Assembly: GCA_000002445.1 (NCBI GenBank) | Contig: CP000068.1 | Coordinates: 576,001-640,000 of the forward strand | Source: Trypanosoma brucei | Lineage: Eukaryota | Direction of reading: 5' to 3' | Length of the DNA: 64,000 bases | Shown: positions 46,200-59,054 of the stretch, piece after piece | How positions within the stretch are numbered: position 1 is the first letter of the stretch | How the letters are laid out: each line of letters opens with the position of its first letter | Made by a program: the position numbers and the translations under genes | The notes under the pieces: generated by a model | Seen by the model: only the letters and a program-made list of their open reading frames with translations | Database searches by the model: none | What the model was told of the DNA's origin: nothing

Positions 46200-49100
46200 A
46201 GGGGGGAGAATCAACAAGGTGGACATGTTGATTTCCCCCCCCCTTTTTTTTTCTTTTTCTTTTTTTGTTCTTCTTTTTCGACATGTGTCTGTTGTGCCCC
46301 TTCCTTCTATTCTCTCTTCACTCCACGCCTCCCCTCTCCACACACACATATATATATATAATATAATATATGATATATATATATATATATACATTTCTCC
46401 GCACCGGCTTTTTGTCGTGTGTTTATTTTTCATTTTTCTCTTTTTATTTAATTTCCTTTGTGAAGTTTCAACCAAAACAACACCAAACCATTTAAAAAGA
46501 AAAAAGATTTTTCTACCTTTTTTTGTTTTAACCTTGCGCGTGTGTCTTTTCCATTTTGGTTCTACCTGTACCTGTTGGTTCGTTTTTTTTTTTCTTTCCA
46601 CCTTTTAGACACTTTGGCGGATAATGATCTTCAGTGCTAAAATTGAAAATAACAGGAGTTGATCGAAAGTCTGATTTTTGTTTTCATTTTTTAAAAAATA
46701 TATTTTTGATATATTTCCCCTCCTTTTTTTAAAAAAGAAAAAGATGTCAGATAAGTGGGATAGAGGAACGACGGAGATAAATATAAATAAATATATATAA
46801 ATATATTAATACATGTGTTTCAACATATATATATATATATATTTACATGTACTTGTTTGTTTATATGTATTTATGCGCATAACAATAGCAGCGGAAGTGC
46901 GCTCGAGTGTGTAACTAGATGTTGTGATGGGAAAGAGAAAGGGGAAGAAGGGTGGGGGAAAAAAAGAAAGAAAGAAAAAACAGCGATCAATAAAGTTAAT
47001 AATAATTCCGCTAAGGGTTTACTCACAGGTGGCGTGTGTACGCAACCTGGGTGATGCAAGTGAAGAGGAGAAATTAATAAAATAAATTAATAAATTTATA
47101 AATATATAAATATATAAACATGTATGTATATATGTATGTATGTTTTCGACTGGGTTAGAGTAGATAAAGTGGATAAAACGGGAAAAGGTGAAAAAAAAAA
47201 ATACTGGATGACGAAGTGAAGAAGTGGAAGACTTGTTTTGTTTTTTTTTGTTTGTTTGTTTTATATCAACCATAATTTTGTTTCTTTTTTCATTTTCAAT
47301 CTGTTAGGTCAAATTAGGATGTTTTGTTTCTTCATTAGTGAAATATGTTTACTTATTTCATTTTCGTTTGTATGATCGCCTGTTTGTTTTCCATTTTGTT
47401 TTTGTTTTGGAAAAAAAAACTTTTGGTGGCGAGTTATATATTTCATATATTTTTATACTCTTTTACTACACTTCGTTTTTTTTTTCTTTGGGTGGAGGCC
47501 GCGTTTGTGTTTCACAGCAGCAAAAAAAAAAAAAAAGAATTCAATACCAAGAGCGATATAAAGTATATATATTATATACATATATATATATTATATTTTA
47601 TATTTTATATGTGTATATATGTGTGTGTGTGTGGATATGTGTGTGGATGCGTTGGGGGTTTTCCTTTTTTTGGGAGTGGTGTGTTTGTGTGTGTGTGTGG
47701 GAGAGAGAGAGAGAAAAAAAAAAATAAATAAATGGAAAATTAGGAAAAAGTGCAGGAGATTCTGTCGACTCTTTTCTAAGAAAAAAAAAATATATTCACA
47801 AGAAAGAAAAGAGAAAAAGTAAAAGATGAGGGAACAGTCCCTCTTTTTGTTTGTTTATTTTTCTTACTTTCTCTTTTTTTTTTTCATGATCTTCCTTCCC
47901 TTTTGGTTACAATCATCTTCCGTTTTTACCTCTTTTTTTAAAAAAAATTTTCCTTCTCTACTTTTTTTGGCGTCCCGCACGTCTGTCTGAGATTTCCCAT
48001 TAATTGTCCATTTAATCAATTTTTTTTAATAAAAAAAAGCGTTTTTTTTTCACTTTTTAGTAATAATAATTATTATTATTTTGTCTTTTTTTTCTTTTTC
48101 TTTTTCCTGGCTTCTTCCCATCCTTTTATTATTACTACTATTATTATTGTTATTGTTATTACCATTATTATTATTATTGTTATATTATTACCATTATTAG
48201 CATTTTTATGGTTATTATTATTATTATTATTATGTTCATTACAACACTCTTCCCCCCCCCCATATCCTCTCTCTTTTTTTTTTCCCCTCCCTCCCTCTTT
48301 CTTCTCCTCCTCCTTCCCTTTCTTTTTTTTTTCATCTCGACTTATTTTGTTACGAGATTTTTTGTTTTTGTTTTGTTTTTAATCCTTTTGGTTTTCACTC
48401 CCCAAATTAGGGCGGTTACGTAAAAAAAAAAACAAAATTTTTTTTTTCTTTTTATTTCCCCCTTTTTTGTTTTTTTTTTGGGTTTCTCTTTTCTTTTGTT
48501 TCTTTGTTGTTGTTTTTTTGTATTTTTCTTCTTATGAGGAGCGAAAAGGGCAGGGGAGAGGATTAAGGGGGAAAATAGGAAGAAGAAAAAATAAAAATAA
48601 AGAAACGAAACAAAAGGAAAGAAAATTAATAAATGGATAGATGAAAATAATCAACAACGATTTTTTTTTTTCCCCCTCCCCTTCCTAACAAAAAAAGAAA
48701 AAGGGGGTGCGGATTATTGTAATGACGACAGCGATAATAATCGCAATAAAAAGAATAAAATGTATAAATATATATATATATATATGTCTAAGCGCTCACG
48801 TTCGCAGTGTATCCCGTGATAATTTTACCTAAAAGAAGGTACGTTAAATAGGAGGAAAAGAAACAAACGAACATACACACACGCAAAAAACAAATAACAA
48901 ATAAGAAACAAACGAAAAGAGAAAAAGCGGAAATAATGAATGATAATACTTCTTGAGTTTGGCTTGTGTTGTGTGGTGCCTCACTTGTCAAAACACGACA
49001 AAACAAAGCAAAGAACTGTAAAAAACAAAAAAAAAGAAAAGAAAAGAAAAGAAGAACGGAAGAGGCGCGGTATAACAATGAAGAGCAAACGGATGTGGTT

Positions 49101-51859
49101 TGTTTTTTTTTTTTTGTGTGTGTGTGTTTGTTTGCCGCTGCTTCCCACGTTTCTTTATCTTTTTTTTTTAGAGGTAATAATAGTGTTGTTTTTGTTGTTG
49201 TTGTTGTTTTTTTTAATGCGAGAAAAGCGGAAGGAAAATTAGGAAGGAATGCGTTTAATTTCTTTTTTTAAAAAAAAAAAATAATAATAATCGTCATTAT
49301 TAATTTTTTTTGTCCCCGATGATTCCCATCCGTCACCATTTTTTTTTCTTTCCTTTTTTCTTTTTTTTTTTTGTTTATGTATTATTCGATTCGGTAAGTG
49401 CACAAAAAGACACCTTCGGGAACCGAAACCCTTAGTGGTAACCTGTTGTGGATTTTCCTTTTTTTTTCTTTTTTTTTTTGAAAGGAAAAGACAAAAATAA
49501 AAATAAAGGACAGAGCGGTGATTAAGTGAGCGATTAAAAAAAAAAAATAGAAGAAAAATATATACGAAGACATAGGAAAGAAACAAACATATATATATTA
49601 ATATGTTATATTTATATTATATTTATATATTATACAAGTTTCAATATGTATTCCAATCCTAAACAAGAGATGATAATGCACACACCGAAACGCAGAAACG
49701 GGTGCAATAATAATAAAAATAAAAGTAAAATAACAATAATAATAATAATAATGGTGGTGGTGATGGTGATGATTATGGAAATTGTTGTAAGACATTTATT
49801 ATTACAATAATTATTATGATCATCACAAGGCCCAATGAAGGGAGGGGGAAAAAAAAAGAAATAAAGTGAAACTTATAAAAACTCATTCCTTCCTATTCGA
49901 TCTTCCTACGAACATCTTTCAACGTAAGTGATAAAATTTGAGAAGTGAAAAAAAAACGAAAAGGAGACGCCAGTTAACACTTTCATGAAGTGGAGTTACT
50001 ATCTTGTTGTTACGAACCCGTGTTTTGTTTTTCCTCTTTCCTTCTCTATCTCTCTTTATTTTTATTTTTGTAACAAAACAGAAATAAATAAATAAGTGAG
50101 GTTTTTTAAATTTTAATTTTATTCATTGATGGATATATTTATATATTTATTTATATATGTTTATATTTATTTTTATTTTTCTCCCCCTTTCTTCCATTTC
50201 TTGAATTAGCAGCGGTTCCCACAAATACAAATACAAATACACCTCAACCTTAAATGATTATTTGGTGATGGTGATGATGATTAGAGTGGTACGAGTGACA
50301 CAACAACAACAAAAAAGAAAAAAAAGAAAAACACATAACATGACATAACATAAAATAAAATAAAATGCAGAAAAGGAAAAAGAAAAAGAATGCAAAGATA
50401 GAAAAGAAATAAAGCGAAGTGGCCGCCACTTTTGTTATCGATAAACGGAACCAATGCAAAAGCACAGGGTGAAAGGGACAGGAAAAAAAAAAAGGGAAAA
50501 GCGAAAACGAAAAAGGAAAAAAAAAAGTGACTAAAGGTATGTTTTTACATATTTCTCTGTATAGGAACTTATGTCGCGAATCGCCTGAAGAAAAAAAAAA
50601 GGGGCTAAAGAAAAATAGAAAGAAAGAACACAAAATGAACGAGGGAAATGAAAAGGTTTTTTTTTAAAAAAAAAGAAGCAGCAATCCGCTTCACTGTCAT
50701 CAGCTTTTTTTTTGTTTCTATTATTATTATTATTATTATTATGTTGTCTTTTACTGTTGTTGTTGTTGTTTCTTTCCCGTTTCTCCTACCTTATTTTCCT
50801 GGTCGTCGCTGATGCTGGAAATTCAAGAAAACACACACACAATTGAAAAAAAAAAAGCAAAAGCAATTAAATCAAAGGTGGTCACGGTTTCGCCAGGGTG
50901 ATGATCATATTTACAATAATTTTATCTTAGAAAGCTCTGGTGGTTAAATACAAGATGGAAGAGGGGATGGGAAAAAAAAAAAAGGAATACCGTGAACATA
51001 TATTACAGAGACCGGCTACTTGTGTAAATAAAAAGTGAAAAAAAAATCTTTTTTTTTTGGGGGGGGGTGGAGGGAGGGGGTTTCTCCCTATATTTATTTA
51101 TATTTGATATTTTTGTACCTTAAGATGCGGTATCGGTTGGGAGAATGGAGAGAGTTGGTGGGGAAAAAAATTGGGTCAAACATCAGAAAATGGAATGTGG
51201 GAAATTCGTATCAAACACTTAAGCGAAATTATCCAAATTTAACAAAGAAAAAAGGGAAAGTACTTTTTATAAATTTGTGATAGTACAAATGTTAACATGA
51301 ATAATTAATGAACCATAAACAAATGAATTTTAAATTCATTGGTGTTTGTACTTATATATATCTATATATTTACGGGTTTGCCATGTAGGCACTTTCTTGA
51401 GTTGAAAGGATGAAATTTCAGGGGTGGGGAGAAACAGCCGTTAAGGAGGAGTAAATAAAATGAATGAAAACAAAAACAGATGTATATAAACGTGCGTGTA
51501 AGCATAGCTGCATATTTATATTTGTGTGTTTTTGTTTTGTTTAAGTTCCTCCCCCTTTTTTGGCGGCGTACACCACGTAATTTTTCTCTTTTCCTCCGAT
51601 TTGTGTTGTGCGTGCGTATGTATGTGTATGTGTATGTGTGTGGTGGGGAGCAAAGCAAACGGAGGAGACGGGGAAATGGAAGGAAAATATTTAAAAAAAA
51701 AAGAAAAGACAAAGTAGAAGTGAGAGAAAGTAAAGAAACATAAATATAATGACACACCACCTTCCCATCTACCGGCTCCGTTTGAATTCTTTCAACTTTT
51801 CCATCCCTCGTTATTTTCAGGGAGCAGCTGTTGTTATCATTGTTATTACCTGTGATTGA

Positions 51860-51893
<34 letters not shown>

Positions 51894-52950
51894 GATGTTA
51901 TTCGTGTTCCCCTCCCTTTCTGTCCCACTTTCCCTCCTCTCTCTCTTTTTTTTTTTTTACCTCCGGTATTTCTGGTTTTCCGCTTATGTTTTTTCTTTCG
52001 AATTTCACTAAAGTAAACCACAACATCACAGTTATTTGATGTTGAACACCACCACCACCCCTTCCAAAAAAAAAAAAAAAAATCGAAAGCGGAGATAATG
52101 ACGATGAATGCGAGGAGAAGGTGTGATCGACGTTGCGATGGAAATGAATAGGAAAAAAAAAGGGGAACAATGATGTTAAGGAAAAAAAGCAGAAGAGAAA
52201 GAAAATGATGTCCTTCAGAGTGAAAACAACAGCAATAGTGACGATATGATAATAATTAACAAAAACAAGGATGGTGATGGCAATGATGATGTGAGAGAAA
52301 AGGAGAGAGAAAGAGTAGTGGAAATAAAGCGAGAGCCCGTGTACGAAAAAGAAGAGAAAAATTATATATGTATGCGAGAATATGTGCCTGTTTTCCCCCT
52401 ACAAGCTTTTTTTCCTTCTGCGCTTATCACTATTATTCATTTTTTTTATTTTTGCGCCATGGTGGTAGCGGATTTTAGTTAATGAAACGGGAAAAGAATA
52501 TATTGTTGTTTCTTCCGCTCCACCGACCTTACTTTTTTTTCATTTTTTTAAATTATTTTTGAAAATGCCATCGTTCGTTCTTTGATTAATCCGTCTTTTT
52601 TCCCCCGTCGTTTCGTTTGTCTTGTTTTGTTTTTCACTCGGTTTCTGTTTAACTTATTTCGTAGTGCAGGGTGAGGAGGTGGTCTGGGCCAATGAATAAT
52701 AATGACCATGCTAATGATAATAACGACAATACCAATTGGGGCAGTGGAACGCCGCTCCGGGAACATATAGCGAAGGACGAGGGCGGATAAGCGCAAGCAG
52801 AAGCAAAACTAGGGAAGGAACGTGGCGAGGCGGGCATATTCAAAAAAAACACATGAGAGTGCGCACAATGCCGTTTGCACGCATGAGGATACATGCATAT
52901 ATTTTTATATGTATGTTGTTTCACTTAAAATATATATTTACATATACGTA
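46200..52950. other. Gene-free low-complexity AT-rich region downstream of the last + strand gene
   Basis: No ORF with credible composition on either strand. It consists of alternating homopurine blocks (for example 48,540–49,080; 50,290–50,560; 52,140–52,340) and homopyrimidine blocks (46,230–46,600; 47,830–48,520; 49,080–49,460). These are interspersed with (ATT)n, (TA)n, poly(A) and poly(T) runs. Confidence 0.7.
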
Positions 52951-54049
52951 TATATTTTTAAAAGAATGCGTGTGTCCCGTCATCTCGTCGTCACACGTAG
53001 CCACCGGCTCGTGGACATGCGAGTGAAAACGGGTGCGGATGAGCATGCATGTGCGGTTGTGCGCGCGGGCGCGACTGCGTATGAATGTTTGCGACCGCCT
53101 GAACATGTTCGCAAATGTGTGTCCGGTGCCGGCGCACATTTGTGTGATATGATCATGGGTGATGGTGCGCGAGCAAAAGCATTCATCCAGCAACATGTAT
53201 GGTGCGTCGGTGGAAATACCGAGTTCCTCCAAGGGAACGTGAGCAGGGTCTCATGTTTTTTGAGGAAACCGGCCCGCCGGCGCCCGCGCTCCGGCGGGTG
53301 CACACTCGCATCATGGGATCACGCTTTAGTGTGCGTTTTTGAATATGCCTGCCACAACCCCGATCCAGTAGTTTTGTCTTTTCCTAAGCGTTGTAGCGTG
53401 CGCGGGGCGGGTCCCGTCATATACACGAGGACGTGCGCCTTCGCGGATGGAAATGGGTGGGGGTTTTGTGTGTGTCGTTTCCTTTAGCGATTAGCATTTG
53501 GTGGGCTTCGCTGAGGATGCAAAACGTCAGCACACCCCCCGCTTATTCCTATCTTGGAATGAGAAGAAAAGCACGCGCGCGTTTCGATCGCGGCCCTTTG
53601 GCGGTTGTTTGCCCTGTATCGGCCCTTCGATGCGATCGTGTCTTGTTCCTTTCACGAAGCACGCCGCTCATCCCCCCTTTGAAATTTGGGCTCAAATCGC
53701 CGTGTCGGTTTCCGGTTCGCGGTAGTCCCTTCTTTTCCCACCCCAAGAGGAGTCCCCAAGCTTTTTACCCCTTTTTAAAATTAAAATAATAATTTTCGGC
53801 CCTGGCGATCCCCGACCCTCGACTTCAGTAATCACCGAGTCCCATCGACCTGCTTTCTTCCACATCAAATTTTGAGCACCCCCCCCCTTTCTGCTGCTTT
53901 TTGCTGATACGCCCCCCCGGCCGCCCGCCGCTTTCTCCTCCGTCTCTTAACATCACCCCCCTCCCCCCATTCCTCCTTTTCTTTCATAGCATAGGTTATG
54001 CCCGCCCGGCCCCGCGCCCTTCCGCCACCACCCCCCCCCCGAACCGGCG

Positions 54050-56562
54050 CCCGTCACGGCCGCCCGACTTGCCACGGAAACATTCCTTCGCAACAGACGT
54101 CTCCCCCCCCCCCCCAACCCGGACACCCGACGGCGACCCCATTGAAACGCGCCCCTCTCGTTCTTACCGGTGAACAAGCTGTCCCCGCTCGGCACTCAAC
54201 CCTTCTGTTGCCCCACCTGCTTTTCTTTCACCTTTCTCGCCAAAAAATAAAATAAAATAAGGGAAAGCCACGCCGCGCGGTCGCGACGAGCGCGTTTTCA
54301 AAAGAAAAAAAGATTAGCTCAGGCGGAACCGTATCTCTCGTTTCGGAGAGGTTCTTTTTTATCATCTTTTAGAGAAAATTCGCCCAACGCCCGAAATCAT
54401 GGCGGGTTTCAATATCGACGGAAGGGTCGGACACCCCGGCCGGCTCTCGGGTCCGCCGGGGCGTGTACCGGTGCCTCAAAGTGGCCACCCGAACCCGGTG
54501 GCGGTTTATTGGCAGGCCGCGCCCTTCCCCGTGACCGCGGCATTCGCTGCCCCCCAACTCGTCGGGCCACCCCCCGTCTTTTTTTACCGAAGGGGGGCAA
54601 ACCACCCGGGTCCCGCCCCCCGACCACCAGCACCACCCCCTCGCCGTCATTTGGGAGTCGGCCCGAGCCCGCCGCCGCCTCGCTTTCGCGAAAACCGCAA
54701 TTTGTTTTCGGCGGGGGAGGTGGTTGGTTTCATTCGGTTGGCCCGGCGATGGGATGAAAAGGTAGCGGGGAGAGGGGCCGCCCATCACGCCCGCGGACCT
54801 CCGAATTTCGAATGGCCGCCGGAACCCGAGGACCCCTGGAAGGTTTTGGAGGATTGGTCGGAAACCCGAGCACGGTGGTGGCGCACCAGTCGGGCGGATC
54901 ATCGGGCACCGCGGCGCCGCCGGCCCTCAGGACCCCGCAGCAAAAAAAAAAATTTAAGACCTTTGGAAAAGGGGGTCGAGGTGCCTCGTCACTGATCCCC
55001 CCTCGCCCACGGTGTTTGAAAAAGCGACGACGCTGCCCGCCCACCCGCATTTTTTAAAAACGCGGTTCTTTTCGAAAACTCTAACATATCCTTTCCTGTT
55101 CGAAAAAACGTGCCGCTGTTCACAAACAGCCGCCACCCCTTTGCTACTCCAAAAAGCGTGAAGCTTTTTTGAATACAGGATATTGTCCCTTTTCCCTTCC
55201 CTTCGAAACAAATGGTGACTGTTCAGCACCGGTCCCCCGCTGCCCGTGTTCGGAAGGGGGCCTCGCCTTGCCTTACCTTGCCTCACCCAGCCCCACCTTG
55301 CCTCACCCAGCCCCACCTTGCCTTGCCTTTAAACGGAATACAAAAAACCTCATTCCCCCCGCACAAAAGTTCGCCCCTGGCGCGGTTAAGAGGTCCGGCG
55401 CAACGCTCCGCTTGCGTGGAGGGGGGCGAAGGTGGCCCGGGTGGAACCCGTCAGATTTTTTCCTTAGGAATTAGCCACGGGGCGGCATCGCCTTTGGGCC
55501 CGGCTACTCGCCGCCGGCAAGGAGAGTGGCCCCGCGACACACCCCCGATGAGGGCGGCTGCGATGACCGCCACGCCCTGGCGACGCCGGCCACCTCCACG
55601 TGGTGCCAGGGTCCAGTACCCCGCATCATCGGGGGAAGCCAAGAGCCAGCAGAGTTCCTTTCATGGGGAACACTGCTGTGCTCTGGCCTCGGCATCATAC
55701 AGCACAGGGATCAGCAGCGTCTTGCTGGGACACCGTTTTTCATTTGTCGGTCCCTGGGTCCGTGCCAGCGTGCCATCAGCAGTATCATCCGCACTAAGAT
55801 GCTGCTGTCCGGTGATGTGGAACTCCAAAAAAAAGGATTGCCAATTGACATCTTTTGGAGAGTCCGGGGTGGGAGGCCTCTCGCCCCATCTGCTGTATTC
55901 CGTTCAAATGCGGAAATACAACAAAAAATTATAGAGGGTGTGTTAGGATGAATGAAAAAGGGAGACTCTGCCACAGTCGCCAGACCGATAGCATCTCAGG
56001 GCTCTACGGTGATGGCTGATGGCCGCGCCAGTGGGGGGAAACTCTCACGAAGGCACGAAGAAAATTTCAAAAAAAAAAAAATGACCGTCACGGTGTTTGC
56101 GGCCGCCAACACGCCCGCGCATGGGTTTTTGGCTGCGTTTTCAAGGAGGATGAAGGGACACACGAGTTGGACGGCGGGGGATCAGGAACCCGCGGCGCCG
56201 GAAAAATGCGTTCGAATGTTTTGTTTGAGGGCGCCAAAGCACGCCTCGGGGGGTCGGGATGGCGGACGCCGATTTGCCCACTGCATCGGCGCTATGGGGA
56301 CGCGTGCTGGGGGCCCTAAGGCGGGTGAAAGTTCTGGGGAAACGGAAAGTTTGGCCTTCCGAAAAATGAAAGACGGCGGCGCCGGCGCCCCGGGTTTGCC
56401 ATAAGAAAACATCGAACCTTTATTTTTCTTTTAACCCCCGCATCATTGAGGGCGTTTCGCCGCACGACACCACCGGGGCGGCGCCGTGTCGGACAAAAAC
56501 CGGGCTAAGGGGGCGAGGCACCCCCATCGCTTTCGTCGAGACCCGGGAACCCCCCTTCCGTA
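54050..56562. repeat. Repeat copy 1 (2507-bp period; carries a 19-bp internal duplication and a C13 tract)
   Basis: Copy 1 contains cctcacccagccccaccttg twice (55,290–55,330). It occurs once in copies 2 and 3. About 10 point differences separate it from copies 2 and 3. Confidence 0.8.
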
Positions 56563-59054
56563 CGGCGCCGCCCGACTTGCCACGGAAACATTCCTTCGCA
56601 ACAGACGTCTCCCCCCCCCCCCAACCCGGACACCCGACGGCGACCCCATTGAAACGCGCCCCTCTCGTTCTTACCGGTGAACAAGCTGTCCCCGCTCGGC
56701 ACTCAACCCTTCTGTTGCCCCACCTGCTTTTCTTTCACCTTTCTCGCCAAAAAATAAAATAAAATAAGGGAAAGCCACGCCGCGCGGTCGCGACGAGCGC
56801 GTTTTCAAAAGAAAAAAAGATTAGCTCAGGCGGAACCGTATCTCTCGTTTCGGAGAGGTTCTTTTTTATCATCTTTTAGAGAAAATTCGCCCAACGCCCG
56901 AAATCATGGCGGGTTTCAATATCGACGGAAGGGTCGGACACCCCGGCCGGCTCTCGGGTCCGCCGGGGCGTGTACCGGTGCCTCAAAGTGGCCACCCGAA
57001 CCCGGTGGCGGTTTATTGGCAGGCCGCGCCCTTCCCCGTGACCGCGGCATTCGCTGCCCCCCAACTCGTCGGGCCACCCCCCGTCTTTTTTTACCGAAGG
57101 GGGGCAAACCACCCGGGTCCCGCCCCCCGACCACCAGCACCACCCCCTCGCCGTCATTTGGGAGTCGGCCCGAGCCCGCCGCCGCCTCGCTTTCGCGAAA
57201 ACCGCAATTTGTTTTCGGCGGGGGAGGTGGTTGGTTTCATTCGGTTGGCCCGGCGATGGGATGAAAAGGTAGCGGGGAGAGGGGCCGCCCATCACGCCCG
57301 CGGACCTCCGAATTTCGAATGGCCGCCGGAACCCGAGGACCCCTGGAAGGTTTTGGAGGATTGGTCGGAAACCCGAGCACGGTGGTGGCGCACCAGTCGG
57401 GCGGATCATCGGGCACCGCGGCGCCGCCGGCCCTCAGGACCCCGCAGCAAAAAAAAAAATTTAAGACCTTTGGAAAAGGGGGTCGAGGTGCCTCGTCACT
57501 GATCCCCCCTCGCCCACGGTGTTTGAAAAAGCGACGACGCTGCCCGCCCACCCGCATTTTTTAAAAACGCGGTTCTTTTCGAAAACTCTAACATATCCTT
57601 TCCTGTTCGAAAAAACGTGCCGCTGTTCACAAACAGCCGCCACCCCTTTGCTACTCCAAAAAGCGTGAAGCTTTTTTGAATACAGGATATTGTCCCTTTT
57701 CCCTTCCCTTCGAAACAAATGGTGACTGTTCAGCGCCGGTCCCCCGCTGCCCGTGTTCGGAAGGGGGCCTCGCCTTGCCTTACCTTGCCTCACCCAGCCC
57801 CACCTTGCCTTGCCTTTAAACGGAATACAAAAAACCTCATTCCCCCCGCACAAAAGTTCGCCCCTGGCGCGGTTAAGAGGTCCGGCGCAACGCTCCGCTT
57901 GCGTGGAGGGGGGCGAAGGTGGCCCGGGTGGAACCCGTCAGATTTTTTCCTTAGGAATTAGCCACGGGGCGGCATCGCCTTTGGGCCCGGCTACTCGCCG
58001 CCGGCAAGGAGAGTGGCCCCGCGACACACCCCCGATGAGGGCGGCTGCGATGACCGCCACGCCCTGGCGGCGCCGGCCACCTCCACGTGGTGCCAGGGTC
58101 CAGTACCCCGCATCATCGGGGGAAGCCAAGAGCCAGCAGAGTTCCTTTCATGGGGAACACTGCTGTGCTCTGGCCTCGGCATCATACAGCACAGGGATCA
58201 ACGGCGCCTTGCTGGGACACCGTTTTTCATTTGTCGGTCCCTGGGCACGTGCCAGCGTGCCATCAGCAGTATCATCCGCGCTAAGATGCTGCTGTCCGGT
58301 GATGTGGAACTCCAAAAAAAAAGGATTGCCAATTGACATCTTTTGGAGAGTCCGGGGTGGGAGGCTTCTCGCCCCATCTGCTGTATTCCGTTCAACTGCG
58401 GAAATACAACAAAAAATTATAGAGGGTGTGTTAGGATGAATGAAAAAGGGAGACTCTGCCACAGTCGCCAGACCGATAGCATCTCAGGGCTCTACGGTGA
58501 TGGCTGATGGCCGCGCCAGTGGGGGGAAACTCTCACGAAGGCACGAAGAAAATTTCAAAAAAAAAAAATGACCGCCACGGTGTTTGCGGCCGCCAACACG
58601 CCCGCGCATGGGTTTTTGGCTGCGTTTTCAAGGAGGATGAAGGGACACACGAGTTGGACGGCGGGGGATCAGGAACCCGCGGCGCCGGAAAAATGCGTTC
58701 GAATGTTTTGTTTGAGGGCGCCAAAGCACGCCTCGGGGGGTCGGGATGGCGGACGCCGATTTGCCCACTGCATCGGCGCTATGGGGACGCGTGCTGGGGG
58801 CCCTAAGGCGGGTGAAAGTTCTGGGGAAACGGAAAGTTTGGCCTTCCGAAAAATGAAAGACGGCGGCGCCGGCGCCCCGGGTTTGCCATAAGAAAACATC
58901 GAACCTTTATTTTTCTTTTAACCCCCGCATCATTGAGGGCGTTTCGCCGCACGACACCACCGGGGCGGCGCCGTGTCGGACAAAAACCGGGCTAAGGGGG
59001 CGAGGCACCCCCATCGCTTTCGTCGAGACCCGGGAACCCCCCTTCCGTACGGCG
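56563..59054. repeat. Repeat copy 2 (2488–2492 bp)
   Basis: Full-length copy. It differs from copy 3 at only a few positions (for example catacagc vs cgtacagc; ggcgcctt vs ggcgtctt). Confidence 0.8.

Noticed and set aside
46125-52021. Minus-strand ORFs in the desert (46125..46601, 51362..52021, 50250..50633)
   Set aside because: They translate homopolymer and low-complexity DNA (KKKK, FFFF, IIII). They are not genes.
52822-53487. 221-aa + strand ORF, with minus-strand ORFs 52921..53232 and 52980..53303, at the edge of the GC-rich island
   Set aside because: The ORF begins in a (TA)n-rich stretch and runs through GC-rich DNA with overlapping ORFs on the opposite strand. Composition is C/R/A-rich and there are no motifs. 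It is probably a chance ORF in GC-rich sequence.
54313-54368. Possible tRNA gene (TAGCTCAGG A-box-like motif)
   Set aside because: No matching D-stem partner and no B-box or T-arm. The apparent acceptor pairing is only A-run against T-run. It cannot be folded into a cloverleaf. I kept it only as a low-confidence small-RNA finding.
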